Virus record (IMG/VR): IMGVR_UViG_3300010998_000002
Coordinates: 1-64,000 of that record
Origin: a virus
Taxonomy: Duplodnaviria; Caudoviricetes
Reading direction: 5' to 3' (one strand)
Length of the DNA stretch: 64,000 nucleotides
In this document: in pieces, positions 1 through 8,547 of the stretch
Position numbering within the stretch: position 1 is the first letter of the stretch
How the letters are laid out: each line of letters opens with the position of its first letter
Notes under the pieces: model-generated
What the model was told of the DNA's origin: nothing
The model's database searches: none
The model's input: the letters and a program-made list of their open reading frames with translations, nothing else
Program-made: the position numbers and the translations under genes

Positions 1-42
1 TGCATTGATTCCTAAAATTAAACTTAATAACATTGTTAGCAT
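1..42 (-). CDS. 5' end of a CDS running off the window (MLTMLLSLILGINA...)
   Basis: ATG at 42 preceded by GGAG in the end of the upstream gene; hydrophobic N-terminus. Confidence 0.4.
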   Translation of the reverse strand, partial: MLTMLLSLILGINA

Positions 43-46
43 CGGT

Positions 47-610
47 TTATATCTCCATAATATATTCTAAATTCAAATTCCATTCATCATCCTTAAAAAT
101 CAATTTATTATCATGTATATTTTTTGCGCTTATATCTCCATATACTTTTTTAACTTCGTTATTATCATTTACATATTGAAAATAATAATCATTACTTCTA
201 AAAACTAATATACCATCCATTTCTTTTTTTCTATCCGGATTGTTTAAAGGTACTGTAAAATAAATTCTGTTAGCATCTGTAACAACATAGACAAAATCAT
301 TATCTCTATATTTATTCAATACTTTTAAACCGGATTTTTCTATTCTATCGGCGCATTCCTGCATAAATTCATCTTTTTGCCCATCTGTTTCATGCCAACT
401 AGCCATACTAAATTTATGTTCGGTTTCTTCATGCTTAATTAAAACATATTCTATATTATTATTGACTTTTTCTTTTTCTGCAATTTCTAAATTTTCTGCT
501 TTAACTTGATTCTCAAAATTTGCAATTTTTTCTTCGTTAGAAACAAAATTGTAGTCAATTCTTGATGCTTTTACTTGTTTTCTTTCTTTTAATTCTTTTA
601 ATGTAATCAT
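47..610 (-). CDS. hypothetical early protein
   Basis: 187-aa ORF with AAATAGGAG SD and own promoter. Confidence 0.75.
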   Translation of the reverse strand: MITLKELKERKQVKASRIDYNFVSNEEKIANFENQVKAENLEIAEKEKVNNNIEYVLIKHEETEHKFSMASWHETDGQKDEFMQECADRIEKSGLKVLNKYRDNDFVYVVTDANRIYFTVPLNNPDRKKEMDGILVFRSNDYYFQYVNDNNEVKKVYGDISAKNIHDNKLIFKDDEWNLNLEYIMEI

Positions 611-651
611 AATTTTTGCTCCTATTTATTATCTGTAATCTTTATATTATT

Positions 652-716
652 AGTATAATTCATTACTACTAAAAATACAATACTTTAAATAAATGATTGT
701 TACATTTCTTTACAAA
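652..716 (-). promoter_or_regulatory. early promoter P1 (TTGTAT-17-TATACT) with upstream HLR1-like box
   Basis: GTTACATT-TC-TTTACAAA at 699-716, 18 bp upstream of the -35. Confidence 0.7.
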
Positions 717-937
717 TTAATATTATAAAATTTTCGCATAAATATTATATTATTAAACGCCGGTTTATTATCTTTAAATAATTTTAAACAATCCTGTTTA
801 AATAATCCTACATAATAATTAAATATTTTATGATGTTTGATTATTCTAAAAAATTTTTCGGATTCTGCAAGTGTTAATTTTTTCGGTAATTTACCGGTAT
901 ATTGCTTTTTTAAAATTTGTTTTGTATTTTTATTCAT
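710..937 (-). CDS. hypothetical protein
   Basis: 75-aa ORF, AGGAG SD. Confidence 0.65.
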   Translation of the reverse strand: MNKNTKQILKKQYTGKLPKKLTLAESEKFFRIIKHHKIFNYYVGLFKQDCLKLFKDNKPAFNNIIFMRKFYNINL

Positions 938-954
938 GGTTATTCTCCTATAAA

Positions 955-1236
955 CTAAAACATTACATTTACTAACTTCAAATACTGATTACTGCTTATT
1001 TTCGGCGTGCTAATCTTAACCGCTTTTTGTTTTCCTGCTTTTATTTTTATATAACCTTTATTGTTGCTTAATCCTGCATTAATCTTTAAATCCTGCTTAT
1101 TAGCATCTTTTTTGTTATCTGCAACGCTTATTATATCAGCATTTCCGGTATCATTTACAATAACTTTATAACTTTTAGCATGCGCCATTGCCGGCAATAA
1201 TAAAAATATAAAACTAATAATTAATATTTTCTTCAT
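955..1236 (-). CDS. hypothetical secreted protein
   Basis: signal peptide MKKILIISFIFLLLPAMAHA with AxA cleavage motif. Confidence 0.7.
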   Translation of the reverse strand: MKKILIISFIFLLLPAMAHAKSYKVIVNDTGNADIISVADNKKDANKQDLKINAGLSNNKGYIKIKAGKQKAVKISTPKISSNQYLKLVNVMF

Positions 1237-1239
1237 GCT

Positions 1240-1908
1240 TTATACTCCTATTTCTTTTAACAATACCGGATTTTTACGCATCCATGCCTTAAATTCGGTT
1301 TTATTTAATGCTCTATACATTTCTATATCTCTATCATCTTTAGCCGTTACAATAACGCCTATTTCAACGGCATATTTTAAAACTTCTCTAATAACTTTAT
1401 GTGCGTTATTATCCCATTTTTGATTAATAGCATTTACATGATATTTGCTATTTAATCTATCACAATTGCCGATAAAATAATATTGATTTCTTCTATTAGT
1501 TTGAAAAATATTAAACAAATCTTTTACAATTTCATTTTTTCTGCTCCGGATTCTGTTTTCAACTTCTTCAATACTAATATTTTCATATTCTTTAAAAGTT
1601 TTTGTATATCTAAATTTAATAATATCTTGATTACATTCTTTTATTGCCTGCTCAATTACCGGTATTAATTCAATATCAATAATTCCTGATAATTCCATCG
1701 GATGACAATATAATTTGCTTATACCATCTTTATACTGATATTCGTTAGCGCTTGCGCTTAATGTTTTTTCTAATAATTTCCAATCCGGTAATTTTTCAAA
1801 CATTTTTTTAATTTCTGCATCAAATTTTTCCGATTGTTCAAGTGTATGACCGCTTCCCCATACATAACCGGATTCAATGTAAAAATAAGTTTCTTTAAAA
1901 ATTGCCAT
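1240..1908 (-). CDS. hypothetical early protein
   Basis: 222-aa ORF, AAATAAATAGGAG leader. Confidence 0.75.
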   Translation of the reverse strand: MAIFKETYFYIESGYVWGSGHTLEQSEKFDAEIKKMFEKLPDWKLLEKTLSASANEYQYKDGISKLYCHPMELSGIIDIELIPVIEQAIKECNQDIIKFRYTKTFKEYENISIEEVENRIRSRKNEIVKDLFNIFQTNRRNQYYFIGNCDRLNSKYHVNAINQKWDNNAHKVIREVLKYAVEIGVIVTAKDDRDIEMYRALNKTEFKAWMRKNPVLLKEIGV

Positions 1909-1944
1909 GTCATTATCTCCTATTTATTTATTTGCTACTCTATT

Positions 1945-2008
1945 ATTTTAAATCATTTTGTAGTATATTTCAATACTCTTTTTAGATGATGTTACAATTC
2001 TTTACAAT
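1945..2008 (-). promoter_or_regulatory. early promoter P2 (TTGAAA-17-TAAAAT) with HLR1-like box
   Basis: GTTACAAT-TC-TTTACAAT at 1991-2008. Confidence 0.7.
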
Positions 2009-2284
2009 TTCAAATATTATAGGTTGATAAGTTCTATTTTGCCAATCCTGTACTGTTTTAATAATAAAGTTTTTTGCGCCGGATAAAGTGTTATAGTTTT
2101 TAATTTCGCATGGTGTTAATTGATTTTTAATTGTAACAAAATAACTTCCATCGGATTCTGTACCTATTCTAATTTCATCTAGCGCCGTTAAAACTTTTAC
2201 ATGATTAACGGCTAAACATACAGATTTTACGCCATCTTGTTTGAATAATTTGTCTATTAATTTTAATGCCTGTTGTAATTCCAT
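1982..2284 (-). CDS. hypothetical protein
   Basis: 100-aa ORF directly downstream of 2290-2814. Confidence 0.65.
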   Translation of the reverse strand: MELQQALKLIDKLFKQDGVKSVCLAVNHVKVLTALDEIRIGTESDGSYFVTIKNQLTPCEIKNYNTLSGAKNFIIKTVQDWQNRTYQPIIFEIVKNCNII

Positions 2285-2289
2285 ATTTA

Positions 2290-2814
2290 TTAATTCTCTA
2301 TATTATCAATTTCGTATTTTAATACTAATATTGCATTTTCCAATACATTTAATTCATAATCTACAACTTGGTCTAGCGCATTCTGAAAATGAGTATCTAA
2401 ACAATTTGTAAAAGGATTATTTGTATTTATTGATTCCGTTAATTTTACTAAAACTTTATCAAAAAATTCTTTTTGTTGACCTTCTGATGTAAAATTAACC
2501 GGTAATTCAATTTCTCTAAAAGTTTCTTCGGTATCAATTTTTAAGACATTATAACCTGTTATATCGGTTGTATATTCTGCCTGATTAAATAACTCATACG
2601 CTTTGTTATAAACGGCATCTGTAATTGAATAATAAACATCAAATAAAAATCTGTTTAAACTCAATTCTCCGTTATCTCTTAATTCTTCTAAAATACCGGT
2701 AGGATTGCATGCATCTTCTGATAATGTTTGAAAACAATCTTTTAACATGTCTAAATCTGCAACTCCACAATTAAAAAGTGTTGTTAAAATAACTTCATTT
2801 GTTGTTAAATACAT
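2290..2814 (-). CDS. hypothetical acidic early protein
   Basis: 174-aa ORF with AAATAAATAGGAG leader. Confidence 0.7.
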   Translation of the reverse strand: MYLTTNEVILTTLFNCGVADLDMLKDCFQTLSEDACNPTGILEELRDNGELSLNRFLFDVYYSITDAVYNKAYELFNQAEYTTDITGYNVLKIDTEETFREIELPVNFTSEGQQKEFFDKVLVKLTESINTNNPFTNCLDTHFQNALDQVVDYELNVLENAILVLKYEIDNIEN

Positions 2815-2856
2815 AATTTCATCTCCTATTTATTTAAAGTATCAACTTATACTATA

Positions 2857-2920
2857 ATTATTTACGATTTTATAGTATAAGTCAATACTTTATTTGTATT
2901 ATTTTACAATTCTTAACAAT
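2857..2920 (-). promoter_or_regulatory. early promoter P3 (TTGACT -35) with HLR1-like box
   Basis: TTTACAAT-TC-TTAACAAT at 2903-2920; inverted repeat CTTATACTATAA/TTATAGTATAAG across the core. Confidence 0.7.
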
Positions 2921-4012
2921 TTATTCTACTACCATATTATCTAATCTATCATTAAATTTTACTATTGCTTGCAATACATCATCCGGTGTATTATATCTAT
3001 AATAATTTTCGCTATTATTATAAGCATCTTGTAAATTTTTCAGGTGTTTCAGGTAATCAATATATAATCTGTTTAAATCTTCTAATTTATCTAAAATAGT
3101 TTTATATGCGCTTTCCTGTGTTGTTTTCCATTCAGTATCAAAAGATGCTTCCTGCAATTTTTCAATTAAATCATTTTTAGTATTAAAAATACGAGTTCTA
3201 ATGATTTCATTTTGTTTTGAAAAATCCATGCGCTGTAAATTGTTTAATTCTCTTTTTGCTCTTAATTCTTTTGCCTTTGATTCAAGCATCTTTCTTTTCA
3301 CATAAAGATTATAACCGGATTTATCAAATACATCAAATTCTGTGTCGGTTTGTGCCGGATAATAACCTATATGGCAATCAAAATCAATGTCAATTTTAGC
3401 GTTATAATTATCTAATCTAGCATTATAAACGCCTGTAACCCTGCTTGCTGATACTTTATTATTCCATTGTTTGCGCAAATCTTTTTCATCATATCTGATA
3501 CGATTTAAGCATCTTGTATCATGAATATAGTTTTTTGCTAATTCTTTTTCCTGTGCTTGCTTAACATTTTTCTGATTCCATCTTCTACCCTCTGATTTAC
3601 TAAAGATTTCATCTTTTTTATCCATAGTTATTAAATATGCTTCTAACTCCGGATTTTTTCTATCTTCGTTAAAATCTGCTTTTCTGTAATAATTATCAAT
3701 ACCATCATTACTCCATGATGGCGTAAAACTTTCAATATCAAATTTTCCATCACTATCAACAATAACGGCATAAAATTTATGGTGATAAACTTCTTGTTTA
3801 AAATGTCTATCTTTAATGATTACAACTGCAAATTTTTCCGTTAAGTCGTTTTCTTTTACAACTTTAGCAAGTGTAAAAGGTGTTTTAAGTTCTTTAATTT
3901 CTACCGATGATTTCTCCTCAAAATCAAATCCAAAAATATCATGTAAACTTCTTAATGCTTTTTTGTTTACTGATAAAATCTTTTGTGCTGTTTCATAAAG
4001 TGCTTGTTTCAT
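2921..4012 (-). CDS. hypothetical early protein with C-terminal coiled coil
   Basis: 363-aa ORF with AAATAATAAATAGGAG leader. Confidence 0.75.
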   Translation of the reverse strand: MKQALYETAQKILSVNKKALRSLHDIFGFDFEEKSSVEIKELKTPFTLAKVVKENDLTEKFAVVIIKDRHFKQEVYHHKFYAVIVDSDGKFDIESFTPSWSNDGIDNYYRKADFNEDRKNPELEAYLITMDKKDEIFSKSEGRRWNQKNVKQAQEKELAKNYIHDTRCLNRIRYDEKDLRKQWNNKVSASRVTGVYNARLDNYNAKIDIDFDCHIGYYPAQTDTEFDVFDKSGYNLYVKRKMLESKAKELRAKRELNNLQRMDFSKQNEIIRTRIFNTKNDLIEKLQEASFDTEWKTTQESAYKTILDKLEDLNRLYIDYLKHLKNLQDAYNNSENYYRYNTPDDVLQAIVKFNDRLDNMVVE

Positions 4013-4055
4013 AATTTAATCTCCTATTTATTTGTAACATTCATTTTATACTTAT

Positions 4056-4120
4056 AGTATAAAGCATTACTATTAAAATTGCAATACTCCAATAGTATGA
4101 AATTTACAAAACTTAACATG
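4056..4120 (-). promoter_or_regulatory. early promoter P4 (TTGCAA-17-TATACT) with HLR1-like box
   Basis: TTTACAAA-AC-TTAACATG at 4103-4120. Confidence 0.65.
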
Positions 4121-4556
4121 TTCCCATAAATACGCCGATAATCTCATTATTTAAGACTATTTGTAATTGATGCCATCTTACCCTATCGGTATATAATTCA
4201 ATGTCGGGTGCTATATTCATTAATCGTTTAAAATCACCCTTACTCATGCCGATTGAATAATCCGGATTTACCGGCAATAATACATAATTTTCTTTACTAA
4301 AATCAGGCGTTATTTTTTCAGGATGTGTTGCCCTATCTAGCATCAACAAATCTTTTAATGTTTTTACTACCGGATTCAATAACAATTTTTCTAATTTTGC
4401 AATCTCTTTTACTGTTACGAGTTCAGCATTAATAGATTTTCTAACAATAACATAATCTTCTTTTATTGCCCATGTGCCGTTGCTTATAAATCCATCTTCT
4501 TTTACTAAATATTTACTTGCCATTAATTCGCATTTATTCACATTATATTTGCGCAT
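4113..4556 (-). CDS. hypothetical early protein
   Basis: 147-aa ORF, AGGAG SD; C-terminus IIGVFM. Confidence 0.7.
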   Translation of the reverse strand: MRKYNVNKCELMASKYLVKEDGFISNGTWAIKEDYVIVRKSINAELVTVKEIAKLEKLLLNPVVKTLKDLLMLDRATHPEKITPDFSKENYVLLPVNPDYSIGMSKGDFKRLMNIAPDIELYTDRVRWHQLQIVLNNEIIGVFMGTC

Positions 4557-4617
4557 GCCGATTCTCCTATAAATTATTTACTCTTTCAAGTAAATTGTAG
4601 TAATAACTTATACTATT

Positions 4618-4682
4618 ATTATTTATCATGCCGGCGTATAAGTCAATACTACAAATAGTGTATTGTTACAAATCTTTACAAA
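4618..4682 (-). promoter_or_regulatory. early promoter P5 (TTGACT -35) with HLR1-like box
   Basis: GTTACAAA-TC-TTTACAAA at 4665-4682. Confidence 0.7.
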
Positions 4683-4711
4683 AAGAAAATGCCCATAATT
4701 ACTATGGGCAT
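4681..4711 (-). terminator. intrinsic terminator
   Basis: ATGCCCATA-attac-TATGGGCAT hairpin followed by T-tract on minus strand. Confidence 0.75.
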
Positions 4712-4744
4712 AATTTTAAATAAATAGGATTTATGAAAATTTTA

Positions 4745-5311
4745 TTATTCCGGCATCTCTAGTGGTTTTTTGCCTGCTTTAGTTTTATTGCATGCTTCTG
4801 TAATATCTCCTGCAACTGCAAAAACTTCTTCTAAAGGTGCGTACTTCATCGCTAATTCTCTTAATTTTGAAATGGTATTTATTAATTCACTTTTTGCAAC
4901 ATTCCATGCTTGTCTTTCATGTTCTAATTGCATATATTTTGTACGATATTTAACTCTAGCAACTTGTAATTTATGTTGTAAATTAGCATCTTTTTGTTGC
5001 GCTGTAATTTGTTTTAACAACTCGGTTAATTGCTTATTTGTATCATTGTTTAGAATATCATTTTCTACAGTTTGCAATTCTGCTTCTTGGATTTTTACAA
5101 AATCTGTAGATTTAACCGATTTTTTCGCAACTTTTTTCGGGCCGGTCTTTTTAACCGGTGTTGTTTTTGCTTTTACTTCTTTTTGTACTTTAGCAACTGT
5201 TTTTTTAATTTCTTCTTTTTTTGTTGCCGGTTTTCTTCCTCGTTTTTTTGGTGCTGTAACATCTGCTACAGTTCTTGTTTCTTTTTTCTTAATGATTGTT
5301 TTTTTTGCCAT
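4745..5311 (-). CDS. basic histone H1-like / AT-hook-like DNA-binding protein with C-terminal coiled coil
   Basis: Lys/Thr/Ala/Pro-rich N-terminus including PKKRGRKP. Confidence 0.55.
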   Translation of the reverse strand: MAKKTIIKKKETRTVADVTAPKKRGRKPATKKEEIKKTVAKVQKEVKAKTTPVKKTGPKKVAKKSVKSTDFVKIQEAELQTVENDILNNDTNKQLTELLKQITAQQKDANLQHKLQVARVKYRTKYMQLEHERQAWNVAKSELINTISKLRELAMKYAPLEEVFAVAGDITEACNKTKAGKKPLEMPE

Positions 5312-5354
5312 AATTTTTCATCCTTTCATTTAATTGTGTAACTATTTTATGTAT

Positions 5355-6107
5355 TTATCCAATAAATTCGGTTTCTGTAATTTCTGTATATGGATATTGT
5401 TTAGGTTTTTTAACTACATTTTGATTAAAATAACCGCCTGCGCTTGCTGTTCCGGATTCATCAATACTTGCCACATTATCAAATAAAAACATAGGTATAT
5501 TTTTATATAAATAAGTTCTTCCGGTCTTAAATGTCATTGTCAATTCTTTATTAACTCTATCATATACCATTAATGCTAAATGTGATGAGTTTACAAATTG
5601 ATAAGTTAATTTTTGTGTTTTTTCATCAAATTCAATACCTTTAGATGTGTTTATAATTTCTTTAGTTTTTTGCGCTGGTTTTTTAGATTTTTTAGCAAAT
5701 TTTTCAGATAAAGTTTTATTTGCTAAATCCATATATTTTGAAAATCCGTTATCGCTTAATACTTCATTTTCTGATTCATTGGATTTTTCAACTACTTCAC
5801 ATACTAAAGGTGTAACCGGTGGAATAGTTTTTGCATATCCCATATTTACATTATGTTCATTGATTACTTCTTTAGTTTCTGCATCTAGTGGTTTTCTTTT
5901 CGGTAATTCTACATTAATCATGTTATATTCCATGCCTACGGCATCGGATAATTCTTTAATAACAGATTCTAAAATTACTACTGACATTTTGTCATCATAC
6001 ATACTTTTTAAATGTAATTTTAAAACATCTAGTTTACCTACACTATTTGTCATTACTGCTATTGCTTTTAAATATTTTTCTACGCTTAAATTTTCATCAA
6101 CTTGCAT
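5355..6107 (-). CDS. KTSC domain-containing protein
   Basis: C-terminal SSHL..VYD....L.MTFKTGRTYLY.NIP...F......SAGGYFNQNV fits the KTSC pattern. Confidence 0.75.
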   Translation of the reverse strand: MQVDENLSVEKYLKAIAVMTNSVGKLDVLKLHLKSMYDDKMSVVILESVIKELSDAVGMEYNMINVELPKRKPLDAETKEVINEHNVNMGYAKTIPPVTPLVCEVVEKSNESENEVLSDNGFSKYMDLANKTLSEKFAKKSKKPAQKTKEIINTSKGIEFDEKTQKLTYQFVNSSHLALMVYDRVNKELTMTFKTGRTYLYKNIPMFLFDNVASIDESGTASAGGYFNQNVVKKPKQYPYTEITETEFIG

Positions 6108-6141
6108 TTTTTCTGCTCCTATTTATTATTTTTATACTATC

Positions 6142-6206
6142 AGTATAAACTATTACTAATTATTTTGCAATAGTCTAAATAGACTATATTTACATTTCTT
6201 AACATT
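6142..6206 (-). promoter_or_regulatory. early promoter P6 (TTGCAA-17-TATACT) with HLR1-like box
   Basis: TTTACATT-TC-TTAACATT at 6189-6206. Confidence 0.7.
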
Positions 6207-6618
6207 CGGTTTCTATTTCAATTTCAAAACATCTATTATATCCATCATCACAAAAACTTGATACAGGTGCATAATGGTAATTATCATCAAATTGATTATA
6301 ATACAAAACTTTTATTAACGCATCTTTATCATAAGCATTTTGTAATTCTTCTATCAATTCTGCAACTGTTTTAAATTTCAATATTTTATTTATATCGGCT
6401 AATTTTTTCAATTGATTAAATTGTTTATCTCTAGTCAATGAGAAAAATTTAACCGGCACTTTTACATATTGTATATGTATAGTTTTTGATATTTCCTCAA
6501 TAAATTCATTGTCTTTACTTGTTGAAAAGTTTATAATTTCCGGTGTCATTTTACCGGTTCTATTATATACTTCTTTCCATAACATTATTATTGATATTTG
6601 CAATTCTTCTTTAGCCAT
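6199..6618 (-). CDS. hypothetical protein
   Basis: 139-aa ORF, AGGAG SD. Confidence 0.7.
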   Translation of the reverse strand: MAKEELQISIIMLWKEVYNRTGKMTPEIINFSTSKDNEFIEEISKTIHIQYVKVPVKFFSLTRDKQFNQLKKLADINKILKFKTVAELIEELQNAYDKDALIKVLYYNQFDDNYHYAPVSSFCDDGYNRCFEIEIETEC

Positions 6619-6629
6619 AATTAATTCTC

Positions 6630-6854
6630 CTATACCAAATCAATATTATTATTTTTTAATAAATTATATAATTTTTCATTGATTTTCATGGCTTCGGTGC
6701 ATCTCTTTTGAAAATGTCTAGCGGTTTTTTCATCGCCCTGTTGTTTTAATTGTCTAATTCTAACCTTATGATTTAAAATACTATTTACTAATTCATCTCT
6801 AATGGTTTTTAAATCCTTAACCGGTATTGTTAGTTCAAATTCTGTTTTTGTCAT
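6630..6854 (-). CDS. hypothetical protein
   Basis: 74-aa ORF with AAATAGGAG leader. Confidence 0.7.
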   Translation of the reverse strand: MTKTEFELTIPVKDLKTIRDELVNSILNHKVRIRQLKQQGDEKTARHFQKRCTEAMKINEKLYNLLKNNNIDLV

Positions 6855-6894
6855 AATTCTTGCTCCTATTTATTAAGTAACTTATTATACTATT

Positions 6895-6958
6895 ATTATT
6901 TACTATCTTATAGTATAAGTCAATACTCTAAAAGTATTATTTTACAAATCTTAACAAT
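6895..6958 (-). promoter_or_regulatory. early promoter P7 (TTGACT -35) with HLR1-like box
   Basis: TTTACAAA-TC-TTAACAAT at 6941-6958. Confidence 0.7.
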
Positions 6959-7521
6959 TATACTTCTATTTCTTGGGATGCCGGCGCTAATAATCCAACT
7001 ATTTTACCATTATCAACAAAATAATATAGTTTCATATCATCCCATCCATGTTTTTCTTCCGGTTGATTTTCCATTAACTGCATATTCGGATTTAATTTTA
7101 ACATTTTAGGAATAAAGTTTGTAAAATAATATTCACTTATTCCGTATCTTAAATGTCTAACAGTAACTCCATCAAATCCATGACTCTCTAGCACAAAAGA
7201 TTCTGATGTGTTAAGATAATTTATTTTATTCGTTTTTCCTGTTCTTTTACTTATATATTCTACCGGCACAAATTTTGTAAAATCAACCGGTTTTAAATTG
7301 ATTCCATCTTTTCTAATGTGTCTATCAAAATAATCTTTTATTCTATTATCTTCTATAGAATGTAAACCATGCCCATTATTTACACTTGCATCTACTTTAC
7401 AAAAATTCAGATAATCAATATTAAACATTATATCATGGTTAGTAAATAATCCATTTTCATCTACTGCTAATCCAAATCCGTAATTGTTTAAAAAATCTTT
7501 TGTTAATGTTAATTGTTTCAT
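6958..7521 (-). CDS. hypothetical early protein
   Basis: 187-aa ORF; C-terminus IVGLLAP. Confidence 0.7.
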   Translation of the reverse strand: MKQLTLTKDFLNNYGFGLAVDENGLFTNHDIMFNIDYLNFCKVDASVNNGHGLHSIEDNRIKDYFDRHIRKDGINLKPVDFTKFVPVEYISKRTGKTNKINYLNTSESFVLESHGFDGVTVRHLRYGISEYYFTNFIPKMLKLNPNMQLMENQPEEKHGWDDMKLYYFVDNGKIVGLLAPASQEIEV

Positions 7522-7553
7522 ATTTTTATCTCCTATTTATTTATTATATTTAT

Positions 7554-7618
7554 AGTATAAATTATTACTACATTTTTTTCAATAGTCTAAATGTATGATT
7601 GTTACATTTCTTTACAAA
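7554..7618 (-). promoter_or_regulatory. early promoter P8 (TTGAAA-17-TATACT) with HLR1-like box
   Basis: GTTACATT-TC-TTTACAAA at 7601-7618. Confidence 0.7.
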
Positions 7619-7644
7619 AAAGAAAATCCGGCATTGATGCCGGA
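7617..7644 (-). terminator. intrinsic terminator
   Basis: ATCCGGCA-ttga-TGCCGGAT hairpin plus T-tract on minus strand. Confidence 0.75.
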
Positions 7645-7670
7645 TAGAAAAGATTTTTATTCAATTAATA

Positions 7671-7946
7671 TTATAATACTACTTTATACTTATTTTGTAA
7701 TTTGTCATACTCATCAAAATCAAAAGGAAACATTGTAATTATGCGATAACTCACCGGATTAAATAATACCTTTAGCGGTATATGATTATAAATCGTATAT
7801 GCTAATAAATTGCCGGTATCTCGTTTTGGTTTAAATGCTTCACCTACAATTTTACCATCTTTTATATTTTTGCTTATTTTGCATATATCTTGTAAAGTAT
7901 AATTTTTATTATACCTTTGTTCCGCTCTATCTACTGCATGACACAT
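7671..7946 (-). CDS. hypothetical protein
   Basis: 91-aa ORF; HA..RA..R and C-terminal IITMFP are loosely RelE/DUF4258-like. Confidence 0.55.
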   Translation of the reverse strand: MCHAVDRAEQRYNKNYTLQDICKISKNIKDGKIVGEAFKPKRDTGNLLAYTIYNHIPLKVLFNPVSYRIITMFPFDFDEYDKLQNKYKVVL

Positions 7947-7949
7947 AAT

Positions 7950-8207
7950 TTAATCTCCAAACATTCTTTTTTGTTCTTTTGGATTCCTGCTGTAATCATA
8001 ATCAAATGACTTGTAATCATATTCTCGGCTACTAAAAATACTTTGGCATGCTTTCAATAAGCCGTTTTCTAAACTATCCTCAAAATCAAACTCGGTATCT
8101 TGTACTTTTACTCTAATTTTATACAAGTCATGCCATACTTCATTTTCTTTTCTGCTAACACTTTTTACTTCTAATAATTTAACTTTGGGTTTACTTGCTA
8201 CTGTCAT
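7950..8207 (-). CDS. hypothetical protein
   Basis: 85-aa ORF, GAGGAG SD. Confidence 0.7.
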   Translation of the reverse strand: MTVASKPKVKLLEVKSVSRKENEVWHDLYKIRVKVQDTEFDFEDSLENGLLKACQSIFSSREYDYKSFDYDYSRNPKEQKRMFGD

Positions 8208-8485
8208 GTTTTTCTCCTCTTATTATGCGTATCAAACTAAAAAATCCGTTTAAAATATTATGCCTGCTGTGGTTTTAAATCTTACATCAAGTATTATATA
8301 CCCTGTTTACTTGATAACCACTCATAAAATCCTCGCTTTCCTTTTTACTAATAAACACTTATACAATCTTTTGTATAATAAAATACTACTACAAATTTTA
8401 AAATCTGTCAATAGTAAATTTAAAAAATTTTAAAAATGTTACAATATCAGCATTTACAATACCCAAATCAACGCAAATTTAAAAT

Positions 8486-8511
8486 AAAAAATAGCCGGCA
8501 TGCTCCGGCTA
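8486..8511 (-). terminator. intrinsic terminator
   Basis: TAGCCGG-catgct-CCGGCTA hairpin with T-tract. Confidence 0.7.
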
Positions 8512-8547
8512 AAATAACTTACTCTATTATTAAATTGTGTGTATTTA

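Noticed and set aside
4770-6159. Plus-strand ORFs 4770-5333, 5072-5341 and 5647-6159
   Set aside because: Antisense shadows of Lys/Glu-rich minus-strand genes; Phe/Leu/Ser-rich and lacking SD sequences.
699-7618. WalR or PhoB box as identity of the early repeat
   Set aside because: The half-site period is 10 bp, not the 11 bp of those boxes.
8288-8326. 12-codon mini-ORF with SD upstream of 7950-8207
   Set aside because: Too short to support as a gene and no attenuator structure could be established by eye.
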